A stretch of 64,000 nucleotides of DNA from Negaprion brevirostris (Eukaryota): positions 86,097,106 to 86,161,105 of the forward strand of contig JARDVH010000001.1 of NCBI GenBank assembly GCA_030324005.1, given 5' to 3'. The notes beneath the pieces are model-generated. The model was not told where the DNA came from, made no database searches, and saw nothing but the letters and a program-made list of their open reading frames with translations. Position numbers and translations under genes: made by a program. Below are positions 13,470-26,305 of the stretch, piece after piece (position 1 is the stretch's first letter; each line of letters begins with the position of its first letter).

Positions 13470-13825
13470 CACTTTGCGTACCTATAGATGAGGGGGACAG
13501 TGCTCTTGATGCTTTTCTTGTCAACGCATGAGGTGGCTCACATCTGCCACATTCTTTGGGATGGAAGAAACCACATGGCAGGCCATCCACTGCCAGCAAC
13601 TCTAAAGGTGTTTAGCAAGGCATGTAATTTCATCCAGTTCTTCCTAGATGAACACAGCCAGACTGCCACAGCAGTGGGTTTTGCAACAACCTCTCGCTTC
13701 CCACAAGTACAGGGTGACAAATTGACTTCACAAATGTGCCTTTAAGAGCTCCCTGGCAGCAGATGATCCATCAACAGGAAAAGCTTTCACTCCCTCAACA
13801 TACAGCTGATGTGTAACCACCAGAA
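13470..13825 (+). pseudogene. Decayed PIF/Harbinger (HARBI1-like) DDE transposase fragment
   Basis: Across frameshifts: ..EVAHICHIL..GHPLPATLK..NFIQF..AVGFATTSRFPQVQG/-IDFTNVPLRAPWQQ/-INRKSFHSLNIQLMCNH. This matches the Harbinger motifs GFPxVxGAIDCTH and NRKGFHSLNVQLVCD. Confidence 0.8.
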
Positions 13826-13835
13826 TTAATCTATT

Positions 13836-14225
13836 CCACAAACATTTACTCTTTCCACCACCAGCACACACTAGCAGGAGTATGTACCATCTACAAAATG
13901 CATTGCAGAAGCTCACCAAGGTTCCTTAGACAGCATCTTCCAAGCCCATAACCACTACCATCTAGAATGAGGGCAGCAGATGTGTGGGAACACTACTACC
14001 TGCAACCTGACAACTTGACTTGGAACTATATTGCTGTTCCTTCACTGTCGTTTGATCAAAGTCCGAGAACTCTCTTCATAACAATGCTGTAGACGTGCCT
14101 ACAACGCATGTACAGCAGTGGTCCAGGAAGGCAGCTCATCACCACCTTCTCAAGGGCAATTAAGGATCAGTAAGAAATGCTGGCCTGGCTAGCGATACCC
14201 AAATCTTACAAAAAGAATTTTTTAA
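13836..14225 (+). mobile_element. 3' end of a CR1/L2-group LINE, abutting the Harbinger relic
   Basis: Encodes a decayed ORF2 C-terminus (..CTIYKMHCRSSPRFLRQHLP....KAAHHHLLKGN*), followed by a short tail ending in AAAGAATTTTTTAAAA. Confidence 0.75.
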
Positions 14226-17200
14226 AAATTCCACATGTACCAAATTGACAACAACATATTTGCCATAGGAATCCAATTATTTCAACATATTGATGAGCAT
14301 AAAAGACTAATATTTTCACAAAAAAGGACGGATTTGATAGTTGGTGATACAGAAGTAAAGATGTCAAATTTAATCCAACCCAAGTGGCAAGGCCAAGACG
14401 AGCTTGTGAAAGAGGCATATTTTACACTTTTTTAAATCTATATTCCAGAGTAAGTGCGAGCAGGATAATGCAAGACAAGTATCCAACTCATTTCTGATTC
14501 ATTCTTTCTGGGCAGGTGGTTAAAATCAGTACCAAGGATTTTACGGAGTGGCGAAAGAGACCAAAAAAATTGATTCAAATATAAGTCAGTGTTAAAAAAT
14601 AATGCATAGCTTACTGTATCTGAAATAATCATTTTCAAAGCATTAAAAGGATGTTGAGTGCAAAAGGCAGATCATCTTTTCCACAAGTAATATTTCAGTG
14701 TTTTGTATCTTGCATAACATAAAAGGTGGCCACATTACTTACGGCATGGCATGTCTTTACTACAACTAAATGCAAAAATGAGAGGTTGCTCTCACTATAT
14801 GGAATTATCCAGTTTTCTTGGCATTCCCCAATCTGTATTTAAAAGTCACATTGTGACAAATGTGTCTTGTCTTGTGGGAGCTCTTTCTGTCACAGCTCAG
14901 CAGTGCCCTGGCAACATCTGAGTTTGTAAAACAATTGCAATCAGAAGTTCAAAATTAATAGCCATGAAATCCTAGGCACTCATGAAGCATCCAGTTATTA
15001 TTGCTTCTTTATGGATATATCATCCTTGTTTCTTACAAGTGACAATATACAATTTCAGGATTCTGAAAGTTCAGCTTGGGGCTAAAACACAGAGAAGACT
15101 TCGGCTGTATGAGAAACAAAGTACTTCATTCATAGTGAAACACTAAGAAATTATAAAAGCAGAATACCAATCATGCTTTTTAAATTGAAATAGCATTGTG
15201 AGGGCTCGCTATATGAAGCAAGGTTTGAACTCCTGGTCAATTAATACAATTAATAATCAAGGAAAAGAAATAGTTCAAAGGTTCAAGGTTGCAGAATCAA
15301 GCAATACATTATCCAGTGGCAGAAGTTTTATTACAAGAAAAATGTGTTTATTCAAATCCTTTTCAAGGTATTACAACAGAAATTGAAAGATTCAATCATT
15401 TTCCATACAGCTGTGGATGAACACACTATGTGGCTATACAATGAAAGAAACTTCAGTCTGTTAATGAATCAAATGAGTCATTGTCTTGTTCACAGGATAT
15501 CCAGACTGCAATAGTCCAACTGTTGTTTTTATACAGACAGTGTCATATGAAAAGTACATCAAAGTTGCTTCGCAAAATCAGCAATGATAAGTCAATTATG
15601 GGAGGAAGCAGATCCAATTAAGTCAAGCTGCAAATTTCAAATAGGTACTTGGCATATTCAATCAATGTTGCAAATCGCACTTTCAAATGAGTTTAATTTA
15701 CTCCAACAGACTAAAGTTAATATGATCAAGTCTTTGCAGCCTTGGAATTTTCTGCAGTGTTCTCTCTTCTTTTCCGAAAGGCAGTGATTCATGCTGGCAG
15801 ACACTTTCATCAGCACTGAAATTCTCTGGTATCTTGCCTGAGCAGCTATTCTTCAGGGTTAAGCCTTTATGTAAGTTGGATTACTGTTGATCCTGAGTCA
15901 TGTCTGATTTCAACTCAAGTTAAGCGATAGTCATTGGATATAAATCTGGTTGATACAGNNNNNNNNNNACCTGGCTGAAATTAACTAATTTACGATGACA
16001 CAGAATATGGAACCAATGGAACCAACCTGCCTAGTACCACAGTGTCTATATATATATGAACCACTGAAGGATACTCTCATTTTTAAATACTTCAATGAAC
16101 ATATCCATTAGCATAGGTGTGCATATCAATACCAATACATGTTGAGGTACCATGTGCTAATACCAAATTTTGACACATTGCTGTGTCAAACCCTTTGCAT
16201 ATATTTGACTATGTATTATGTTTAATAGCAAACCAGGTAAAGGATGCAAGTGCAACACTTATGCAGAGGAAAACATTTATTTGTTATAAGTGGAAGACAT
16301 CATGAATATATGAATGACAGAAGAACACAGAATTCAAGTGCCACGTGATTGAACATTCCTGGAACCTTTGGTTATACACCCAGGAAGGTGAACAAGCACA
16401 CACATAAGGCTCTGTTATACACATAAAATGGGGCTGGAAACTTGCATGGCTCGGAAAAGTTGACCTTGGAGGTATGTATAAAAAAATAAACGTTTTTACT
16501 TAAAGAAATAGAAACCCATTTCATGTAAAGACTGACTTAGCCTGTAAAACCTATTATATATTATGCATATATTGTAGGCCTACTTATCTTTATTACAACC
16601 TGAGACAATAACTGTAAATAAATACATGGTAGCATAACAAAATGTGAAAGTTCTTGTGCAATATCTGCAGCACTAGACTATTTAATACTGGAACAATAAG
16701 TACTATTGTGAGAGATTGGCTGGAAAACAGTATAATTTAGAATTGTATGATAGTTTAGTATGATCTGTGCACTTCTATTTTCCGATGTGCAAAGTACTGA
16801 CTGCTAGCTTTCAGAGCATCTAGCCCTTAAACTAACACAAGGTGATACTCTGGATTGGAAGCAACTCAACTAAACAAAACTGGATGTTATACCCAGAATC
16901 CTGATGGAAAGTATCAGAGAATTCTGTACGACTATGACAGGTAGCCTGGAGAAGAGTTACTCTTTTGGCACCAATTTGTTGAACAAACTGACTAAAAGCT
17001 TACCTGTGAATATCATCAATGCAAATATTATGCTGGGTACAAATTCAGCATACCCAGGGATCTTAGCAGGCTGCACTTGATAAAGGCAGCTTTGTCCCCT
17101 CCTCCAGTAAGCCCTGGGCTAATGACTGATGTTATTCCCAACTTCTATTGTGTACTCCAGTGAAGGCCCTGTGGAGGATCATGGTGGAGTCCTGAAGGCC

Positions 17201-18069
17201 TTACGAAGCAACATAGGAGAGACCTCTCCAACGACTTTCAGTACAGTGACCCTGGATAGTACAATATTGATGACTGATATTGGTTTTCCCTTGCCTGTGG
17301 TCTCAATATCCTTCTGTGCTTATAGCCTCATGGACAAATGCAGCACATCTGGATGATGATGACTCATCTGTGGAGACATTAAAGACGTTGATTCATTAAT
17401 GGTTTGAACTCAACTTGCAATGGAAATGCAGAAGGTCCTCTGCAGATGCCAGAAAGGCATCGATAATTTAAATATTTCAACTGCAACTTATTAATATGGA
17501 CAGATAATGTTATTCATCTGAATTAATTACTTTACAAACACAATTTAGCAAGCTATTAAAGTAGATTTTATGTACTATGCTTTCAAACTATGTGTACTGC
17601 TCAGGGCGATTGTTTTTTTTTAAAAACACTGTATTTCAAACTTACCAGACTTTTCAGACTGCTGACACACTAATTCCCTCATGGAGTAAATAGTTGTTTT
17701 TGGCGATCATGTATTCAAGCCAACAAAGATATTTTTTGATTCAGTGCTTTGATGGCTTCTTTGTTGTCCTGTGGACTTTTTGCTTTAATTGTGTTCCACC
17801 TTCTTTTTGTCATTCGTTTGAGGTCATTATGTGAAGCAAAATAAGTGTGTGTCATTTGTGGAACTTTTGACACTTTATTGACTACAAGAGATATAATGGC
17901 CCATTCCTGCTTTTATCCTTGTTTGGTCATGGACAGTGGTTAAATTCCAAAGAGATCAGCCATTAATTTTCTAAATTATTCCAGCAAAATAAACAACGTA
18001 GTTTCTGTATATCTTTAGTCTTAAGGGTTTGTTTTCCAAGAGTGCTTGCAATACACAGCCTGGCCCACC

Positions 18070-18320
18070 GGGAGCAAATTTTGACATTTTGCAGTTCTTT
18101 CCTTATAATTTTTTTTACCCATTCACTTCAATGGGTAGATAATTATGAGGGATGAATCTTCAACGTCCACACATTTTATCCCAGCTGGAACGACTCTAGG
18201 CCTTAAGTGTGAATTTGGAACCATAGCACAATAGCTTCCAAACATATCTGCAATCATGGGGCACAATTTTAACTCGTGTAGAAGTGAATGGGTTTTGAAT
18301 GGGTTAAAATTGGGCCCTAT
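18070..18320. mobile_element. Two small palindromic MITE relics
   Basis: Hairpin ATAATT..TACCCATTCACTTCAATGGGTA..AATTAT at about 18105-18147. Mini-element GGGGCACAATTTTAAC...GTTAAAATTGGGCCC at about 18258-18317. Confidence 0.6.
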
Positions 18321-19109
18321 AGGTCATTATTGCTTGTTGAAATGGAAATAGCAATAATTTATCACTGTTAGTAAGTTAAACTTATGCATATCAAAATTTG
18401 TATAAGTGGCTTCTATTATACCCAGACAGTAAAGCATGCACAGATGTTGTCAGATTGCAGAGTAATTTTCATCATTTTCTGGATTTTATTTNNNNNNNNN
18501 NNNNNNNNNNNNNNNNNNNNNNNNNNNNNNNNNNNNNNNNNNNNNNNNNNNNNNNNNNNNNNNNNNNNNNNNNNNNNNNNNNNNNNNNNNNNNNNNNNNN
18601 NNNNNNNNNNNNNNNNNNNNNNNNNNNNNNNNNNNNNNNNNNNNNNNNNNNNNNNNNNNNNNNNNNNNNNNNNNNNNNNNNNNNNNNNNNNNNNNNNNNN
18701 NNNNNNNNNNNNNNNNNNNNNNNNNNNNNNNNNNNNNNNNNNNNNNNNNNNNNNNNNNNNNNNNNNNNNNNNNNNNNNNNNNNNNNNNNNNNNNNNNNNN
18801 NNNNNNNNNNNNNNNNNNNNNNNNNNNNNNNNTGATCATTATTGCTCGTCAAATCATACCTCAAAATGATTTGCTACCCTCAGCAGAAAAATAAATACTG
18901 GGGGACTGGAGCTCGAGGAAAATAGACAAGAGCAATGGATAAGGTATAAGAGATACATATATGATGGCAAAATACAGTAGAAGTTAAGTGATGAAAATAA
19001 CCTTACAAATGCAAGAACATAAATAGTCAACATTTCTTTCAAGCACTCCATCAAATCCATTTCTCATGCTACCATTGGACACACTGTTCCTTTTTTTTAA
19101 TTCTGTTCA

Positions 19110-19340
19110 TTTTTTATTCAATCATAGAATGTGGGTATGATTGACATCCTTATTGCCCATCCTTAATTTCTCTGAAACTTGAGATGGTGGTGGTGAATCA
19201 CTTTCTAAACTGCAGCCCATGCACAGCAAGTTATTTTGTCACAGTGGTTTGGTGCAACTTAGTGGTTTGCTCAGCTATTTCAGACTCAACCAGTTTGCTA
19301 TGAGTTGTGAATCAGGTATAGGCCAAGTTGCATGAAAGAT
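19110..19340 (-). mobile_element. Decayed SINE sharing the LINE tail (same family as 36650-37003)
   Basis: Reverse-complement similarity to 36850-37003 (TTATTGCCCATCCTTAATT..TTGAGATGGTGGTG..GCTATTTCAGA..GTATAGGCCA). Confidence 0.55.
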
Positions 19341-19469
19341 GCTTTTGCACTTTGCTGTGCAAACTTTACCTGGGGGGAGGGTTTACCAGTGCATCTTTGG
19401 GGTACGACAACCTGGAGCTCAGTGATTACGGGATGCAAGTGTTTCACGCCATGAAGGTTTTCCAGTGAC

Positions 19470-19715
19470 AGAGAGATTGGTAACCAGAGGACACAAAATT
19501 AAGGCAACTGTTGTGATCTGGAGTGCTCTGCCTGAAAAGTTGGTGCAATAAAGTTCAATAGTAACATTCAAAAGAGAATTTGTTAAATACTTCATGGTAT
19601 AAATCTCCAGGGGTATAGAGTGAGAACAGTGGAAAAGATTAAGTGAATACTTCTACCAAAGCACCAGTACTAGCATGATGTTGTGTTGACCTCTTGCGTG
19701 TTGTCTCATTCTAAG
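19470..19715 (+). mobile_element. Decayed CR1 3' end
   Basis: TAACCAGAGGACACAAAATTAAGG..TGGAGTGCTCTGCCTGAAAAG..CATTCAAAAGAGAATT is typical of the CR1 ORF2 end and 3' UTR. Confidence 0.6.
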
Positions 19716-20324
19716 TTGTGATCAATGGGATGACAATCACTTTTAGGAAATGTGCATAGTAGTAAGATACCATTGTAAACTATGCTTTTTTTTTACAACA
19801 GTTGCAAGTACACGCAAAAGTTCCACTGCAATAAGTAAACTTAGTCCATATAATTCTACTGAAATGCAAAGATTTATATATATTCAGTGAAAATAAATTC
19901 CCAAAATAGAAAAAGCTAAATTTGAAAAATTTATTTTTTGTACTCCTATATAATTTGTGTAATGTAATATATTTCTGCGAAAGCAGAAGCCAATGATATT
20001 TTTTACACTATTTGGATGTTGTTTAACATTGCCCACTTGGGCAGTTCAGAATAGGTCAGTGACAAAACAATCATACTGCCAATCTTTTTTTCAATTACTA
20101 AAATGATTAATAGATTATGAACACTTTAAACAAGCATAACAAATAATAATGCTACTTCATTAGATGCCTTGATTTGCAAGGTAATATCCTGGTATACCGA
20201 CTATATCCAGATGTCCACGTGCGAGTGTCTGTACGTGTGCTTGATATCCAAAATCACACAAGAACGATACTGCTGAAAAAATAAGGGCTTGATATCAACC
20301 CTGTCCCCACTAATGTCACAGAGT

Positions 20325-20430
20325 AATAGTCATAGCGTTTTACAGCATAGAGAGAGACCCTTTGGCCCATCATGTCCACGCTGGCCATCAAGCACCTATT
20401 TATTCTAATCCTATTTTTCAGCACTTGATT
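20325..20430 (-). mobile_element. CR1 3' tail fragment
   Basis: GTCATAGCGTTTTACAGCATAGAGAGAGACCCTTTGGCCCATC...CTAATCCTATTTTTCAGCACTT is the reverse of a CR1 tail. Confidence 0.6.
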
Positions 20431-22094
20431 GGATAGGAGGGGATCAGTGGGGGAGGTTAGATAATTAAATAGGGAGACTATGGCCCCATGTGCACACTCA
20501 ATTTAAAAAAAGGTAGCAGATATTCAGACATCCCAATGCCTTGCTATTGAATAAAAACTTTAAGTCAGACTCACAGTTTGAAACATTTAAACCTTACTGC
20601 TGTTGCACCACTTCCCAGGTGTCAGAAAACAGACAATGAAAGAGACACTGGAGCTCCTCACTCCACAAGCTCAATCAGCATTGCTGGAGGGCCTGGAGGA
20701 GCAGCACTCTGCCCAGGCCCATCAAGGAAGCCATTTAACCAGGACTTGGCAGCTTCTCCTGCCCAGAGAGATATTACAGTCTGGCTGAATTAAACGGCAA
20801 TTTAAATGGTTTGCCACATCCACCAGGGTAAAGACACGCTGTGGTAAAGCCATAGAATCCTGGCCAGGCTTCCCCCAAGTCACAATCGCCAGCCTCTCTC
20901 ACAACAACCCCCTCATAGGCAATACCCATGCCCCCCCCAAACCGCTGCCAGTCCAAAACTGCCAACTTCCTCCCCAGTGGTCCCAATCACCCCGCCTCCA
21001 ATCACAGGATTGATCCTCATCGGAGGATCATCCCCAAATGTCCCTGACTGCAGCTTCTTATTAGTGGCGTCCTCATCCAGGCAAGAGAGGTAAATGTTAC
21101 AGAAATTAATAGCTACTTATATTTTGTCACTGCAATTCAGTTACCTTACTTAATCCTGTAAATTGCACATATGTGATTTCAAATCAATAGGTTCTCTGCT
21201 TTGTTATCTCTATCATTAAAAGGTGTCAATGAGGATTCAGCAATATAGTAAATATAATTAAATTCTGTTGATTGTTATTGTAGTCATGAATCATATGTCA
21301 AAGTTAAATGATGTTTTTAATTGCTTTAGAATTTAAATTTTGTTTTACTGAACATTGTTCAACCGAGTTCAGCTTTTTCAAATACTTTACAATGCATACA
21401 ATTACACTTGGTACAATTACAACTACAGAATAGTTCTCATGTTTGCTATTTAAATCATTATAGTATGGCCTTGGCTAGAAAAATAAAATTTTTGCTTCTG
21501 TTTCCATTCAGCTCTGAGCACCTTTTAGGATGATATGCCAATAACAACGCTGTAGTATCCCAATGTAGTAAAGAAGCAAACAAATAAATAACAGAGTAGG
21601 CTGTTAATCCAATTTGCTTCTTGGAGGCAAGTTATAAGTGTGTTCAAGTGAAATGGATGCTAAAACTGTCCATTGTGCAAGAGAAATCCTTGTACCATAC
21701 ATGTTCTTTGTTGCGGGATTGAGAAACCCTAACAGAAATGGGTAAATTTTAAAGCAAAGTTAATGAGCATGCACATGATCTGTCATTGAGCAGTATCTTA
21801 ATTCAATTTCCATCTTTTAATAATTCAACAGTGGCAGAGATGCAGATTCAAATAGTAGAAAGGTGTTTTAAACAACTACCAAATGCACTGAGTCATTTTA
21901 ATTTAAAAATCCAAGACCACAGTATGGAATAAAAATGCCCACGAAGGCTAGACCAAGAACACAGAAAATATATAAACCCAGTCTCTCTCTCTCTCCTGTC
22001 TCCCGCACACTCAGTCTCCACCCCACCTGCAAACCCAACCTTCTCCCTCTTTTTCCTGCAAATCCACCAGCCCGAAACCACAAGATTCTGAGAG

Positions 22095-22715
22095 ATTCTA
22101 GAGATCAGAACTGTGCATAGTACTCCAACGGTGATCTAACCAAGGTTATTTCCTGGTTCCCTGCTTTTCAATTCGAGTCATTCTTGAAAGGAATTCCAGT
22201 GTTTGGTTTGCTTTTTTTAAAAGTTGTCTTTTAATCTGCATCACTACTTTTAGTAGCATGTAATTTTGTACTCCTTTGATCCTTTAACCCATTTCCTCTC
22301 ACTTTCCAAGAAACATATGGCCTCTTTATTCTTCCTATCAAAACATACCACTTCACACTTAGCTATATTGACATTTATTTGCCCAATCACACGGCCATTC
22401 TGCAGGATTTTTTGTATTATGTCAGATTCTTCCTTTTTTATTACCTACACCCCACTACCAACCTCCAAATTTACTGTTGTCCTCAAATTTTGAAATTCAA
22501 CTTCCGATTCCCATATCCAGATCATTAACCTAAGTTGCAGACAAGAGTTGTCCCAGTACTGATCTCTGTGGAATGCCACTTCCCACCTTCTGTCAATCTG
22601 AAAAGTTGCCTTTAATGCCTGCTTGTTGTTTTCTGTTTGGTAGCCAGACTGCCAATTGCTCTGCCCGTCCCATTCTTCAGCATTCTAACCTTAGTTATAG
22701 ATCTACTCAATGATA
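22095..22715 (-). mobile_element. Decayed CR1 RT fragment
   Basis: CAGAACTGTGCATAGTACTCCA...GTCCCAGTACTGATCTCTGTGGAATGCCACT is the reverse of the SGxPQxSVLG and LEYxxQFW motifs. Confidence 0.65.
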
Positions 22716-23462
22716 CATTTTTTAAATTTATTTTTGAGCTGTGAACCAGCATTGAGTGTCCATCCCTTCTCACCCTTGTGAATGTTGTTGGTAGCCACCT
22801 TGGTGTAGGTACATCCATAGTATTGTTAGGAAGCAAGTTCCAGGATTTTGACTCTATGACAGTGAAGTTGTAGTTCCAAGCCAAGATGGTGTGTGGCTTG
22901 GAGGGAAGTTTGCAAGTGGTGTCAGCTGGTCTCATTCTTCTGATCCAGGCAAACACAGTCACACTCCTGACTTGGGCCTTGCAGATGATAGACTTAGCAA
23001 GGGCCTATTGATAATCTAAATATGTTCTGCTTATTCAGAAAATCCAATAAAGGTGGCCAAGCATGATTAGCCCTTTGGAAACACGTATAGACTCATTTTT
23101 ATTTATATTATTAGCTTTGACTTGATGGGTTGGAGTGTCCCAAAAAAATTCTAAGTGTTGAATTTGCAGAGTAACTGGAGTAAATCCTGCTGTTTTTTTC
23201 AGTGCGAGTTTCAGAATCTCCCACCACAAGAAACCACCCCACAGAGAGGCTAGAGAATCCAGTGTCGCTGTTATCCTTTGCCAAACTCATTTTAATATAC
23301 ACCAAGGTTATTTCCTGGTTCCCTGCTTTTCAATTCTAATCATTCTTGAAAGGAATTCCAGTGTTTGGTTTGCTTTTTTTAAAAGTTGTCTTTTAATCTG
23401 CATCACTGCTTTTAGTAGCGATCAATTTTATACTCCTTTGCTTCTTTACTCCATTTCATCTA
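22139..23462 (+). repeat. Direct duplication of about 120-160 bp (22139-22300 and 23301-23462)
   Basis: ACCAAGGTTATTTCCTGGTTCCCTGCTTTTCAATTC...TTTTAGTAGC is present twice, nearly identical, 1162 bp apart. Confidence 0.9.
22716..22935 (-). mobile_element. 3' end of the same CR1/L2-group LINE as 13836-14225
   Basis: Minus ORF ..TTCKLPSKPHTILAWNY..SKSWNLLPNNTMDVPTP.. and the matching tail. Confidence 0.7.
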
Positions 23463-24034
23463 GGGCAGAGATTTTTACTTTGATTTATCAATTATCCCCC
23501 TTCTTGCTCTCTTATATGTAATTTTGGCTCACTTTTACTAATGTCAGTCCCACCTTAAATCTTTGTGATAAATACTGAGGCAAGTAACGATCCAATACTT
23601 TTGCCATTTCATTGTTGTTACCTCTAATTTATATTGTGTCCCTTAGTATCCTATCCTTATTTGATATTTTTTATTGCTGCTTCTGTTCGCACCTCTTTTT
23701 AAAATATTTTGCCATCCTTTCCTTAATTATCTATGAACTTGTATAGGACTTTATCTCTTCACTCATCCATGGCTTTTCACTCTAGTTTGTTCTTTTCTTT
23801 AAGAGGAATAGACTTCTTCGGAATGCTATTGATCAATATTTCCCACTGCTGTTCTACCAGTCTGCTTGTTAATTTTTACGATTTATCTTTCCTAGACTTA
23901 TTCTTACCCACTCAAAATGAGCTTTATTTTCCAATCCATTTGTCTCATGTCTTTCTTAATCATCATTTTAAATCATATTTTGTTACAATCGCAATTCCCT
24001 AAATGTTTTCCTCTGCTTGCTTCTTTCAAAGAAG

Positions 24035-24365
24035 AAGAATCCCTTTACTACAGAAGGACTGTCATTCGATCCATCAAGTCTGCACCGACAACAATCCCAT
24101 CCAGGCCCTATCCTCATAACACTATGTCTTTACCTTGCTAGGCCCCCCTGACACTAAAGGGGTAATTTAGCATGGCCAATCAACCTATCTTTGGATATCC
24201 AACACATCTTTGGAATTTGGGAGGAAACCACAGCCCCTAGGGGAAACCCATGCACACACAGGGAGAATGTGCAAACTCCACACAGACAGTAGCTCGAGGT
24301 CAGAGTTTAACCTGGGTCCCTAGCACTGTGAGGCAACAGTGCTAACCACTGTATCACCATGCCAT
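24035..24365 (-). mobile_element. Full-length V-SINE (HE1-like)
   Basis: Same head, V-domain and tail as 12292-12632. Confidence 0.88.
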
Positions 24366-25254
24366 GCATCTGCTCTAGTTATATTCTATTACGAGATTCA
24401 AGTGATTCCTATCTTGTTGAGCTTCCTACACCGTGTAAGAAAGGAGTCCCAACTTCTGATACTTTCCAGTTCTGACACTTTACAGTGCAGTACACCCAAA
24501 TTTCAGAAACCTGCTGCCAGCAAGTGAAGCTTCCTAATAACTAGTCAGAAAATTATCTTACTTAAAATATTAAAAGTAAATGATTACATTATTCCAATTA
24601 ATAAATGTAATGTTAAAGACATTCTCAACACGGATGTCATTATTGTTCAGCTTCATTTGAAAATTAAAACCTATAATGTAATAAATTATCATTTCCCCAG
24701 CCCACAGATCTAAAAGTGAGGGAACACATAAAATGCAGTACATGGCATGCCTGCCCCAACTTGTCTCCCAATTTAGAGGGGACAGTAAGAAGTGTTGGGC
24801 CCTCAGATCTATGAAAGCACTTAACTGGCCAATTAATAATCATTGTTACGAAATCCTGCTGGTGTTATGTGTGAAAGTGTTCCAACCTGAAACACTGGTT
24901 TTATATGTTTTCTTTTGGATATTAGCGAGAAACATTTGTAGAAACAGTGAAAATTCGTACATCTCTTTTTTTATTAAACACACTTAAACAAACAAATAGA
25001 ATGATTTAAGTGGAAGAATGACAATAAACCACTATAAAGAGCAATCTTATATTTTGACAAACTAAAATTCAGCACTTCGTCCCTCAAAGACTGAATTCCC
25101 AAAAATATCTATTCTCCTATACTTAAAATCTGCTAAAACCCTGTTTCTTGAATAACCATAAACCGACTGGTCAAAACTAGCCAGTGATGACCACATTGCA
25201 CAGCTAACTAACCAGGATTTTGGTATGGTCTTTGGTCCAGTGAAGAAAGCAGCA

Positions 25255-26305
25255 TAGAGTGAGAATTCGTTTGCACACAGGAAACAGAGTAGGAATAAAT
25301 GGGTCTTTGTCGGAGTGGCAAGTGGTGACTAATGATGAGTCATTAAGCCCAAGCTACTCACAAGTGACATCAATTATTTGGATAAAGGAACCAAGTGTAT
25401 TATTTCCAAGTTTGCTAATGACATGAAGTTTGAGGTTGGAGGAGGATTTAAGAGGATTTAGGTGATTTAGACAAGTTGAATGAGTGCGCAAATATATGGC
25501 AGATATCGTATAATGTGGATAAATTTGAAGTTATCACCCTCCAACGGAGAAACATAATGGCAGAGCATTATTTAATTGGTGATAAATTGGCAAATGTTGA
25601 CATACAAAGGGACTTGGGTGCCCTAGTACACCAGTCGCTGAAAGCAAGCATGCAGGTACAGCAGGCAGTTAAGGCAAACACTATGTTGGCCTCCACTGCA
25701 AGGCGACATGAGTAAAGGGGCAAGGATGTCTTACTGCAGCTGCACCAGGCCTTGGTGAGACCATACCTGGAGTGGTGGGTGTAGCTTTGGTCTCCTTATC
25801 TAAGACAGGATATACTTGCCATAGAGGGAGTGCAGCGAAGGTTCACCATACTGATTTCTGAGATGGCAGTACTGTCGTTTTGATGAAAGGTTGGGTCAAC
25901 TGGGCACAAATTCACTGGAATTTCGAACAGAGAGGAAATCTCATTGAAACATATAAAATTCTGACAAGGCTAAAGAGACTAGTTACAGGGATGTTGCTTC
26001 CTCTGGCTTGGTCACAATCTCAGGTTACAGAGCATCCATTTAGGACTGAGATGGAAAAACTTCTTCAGTCAAAAGGGCAATGAATCTGTGGAATTCTCTA
26101 CCACAGAAGGCTGTGGACACCAGTAATTGAATACATTTAAGAAGGTAAAGGGTAGATTTCTACGCTCTAAGAGTCAAGGAATATGGGGAGATTGATGGAG
26201 AATGGCATTGAGATAGAGGATCAGCCTTGGTCATACTGAATGGTGGACCAGGCTTGAAGAGCCTAACAGCCTACTCCTGCTCCTATTTTCTACTTTTCTA
26301 TGTCC
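25255..26305 (+). mobile_element. 5'-truncated CR1 LINE (RT C-terminus plus 3' UTR)
   Basis: Motifs ISKFANDMK, WQISYNVDKFEVI, QRDLGALVHQSLKASMQVQQAVK, LVRPYLE and RGNLIETYKIL, with tail GCCTACTCCTGCTCCTATTTTCT. Many stops and frameshifts. Confidence 0.9.
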
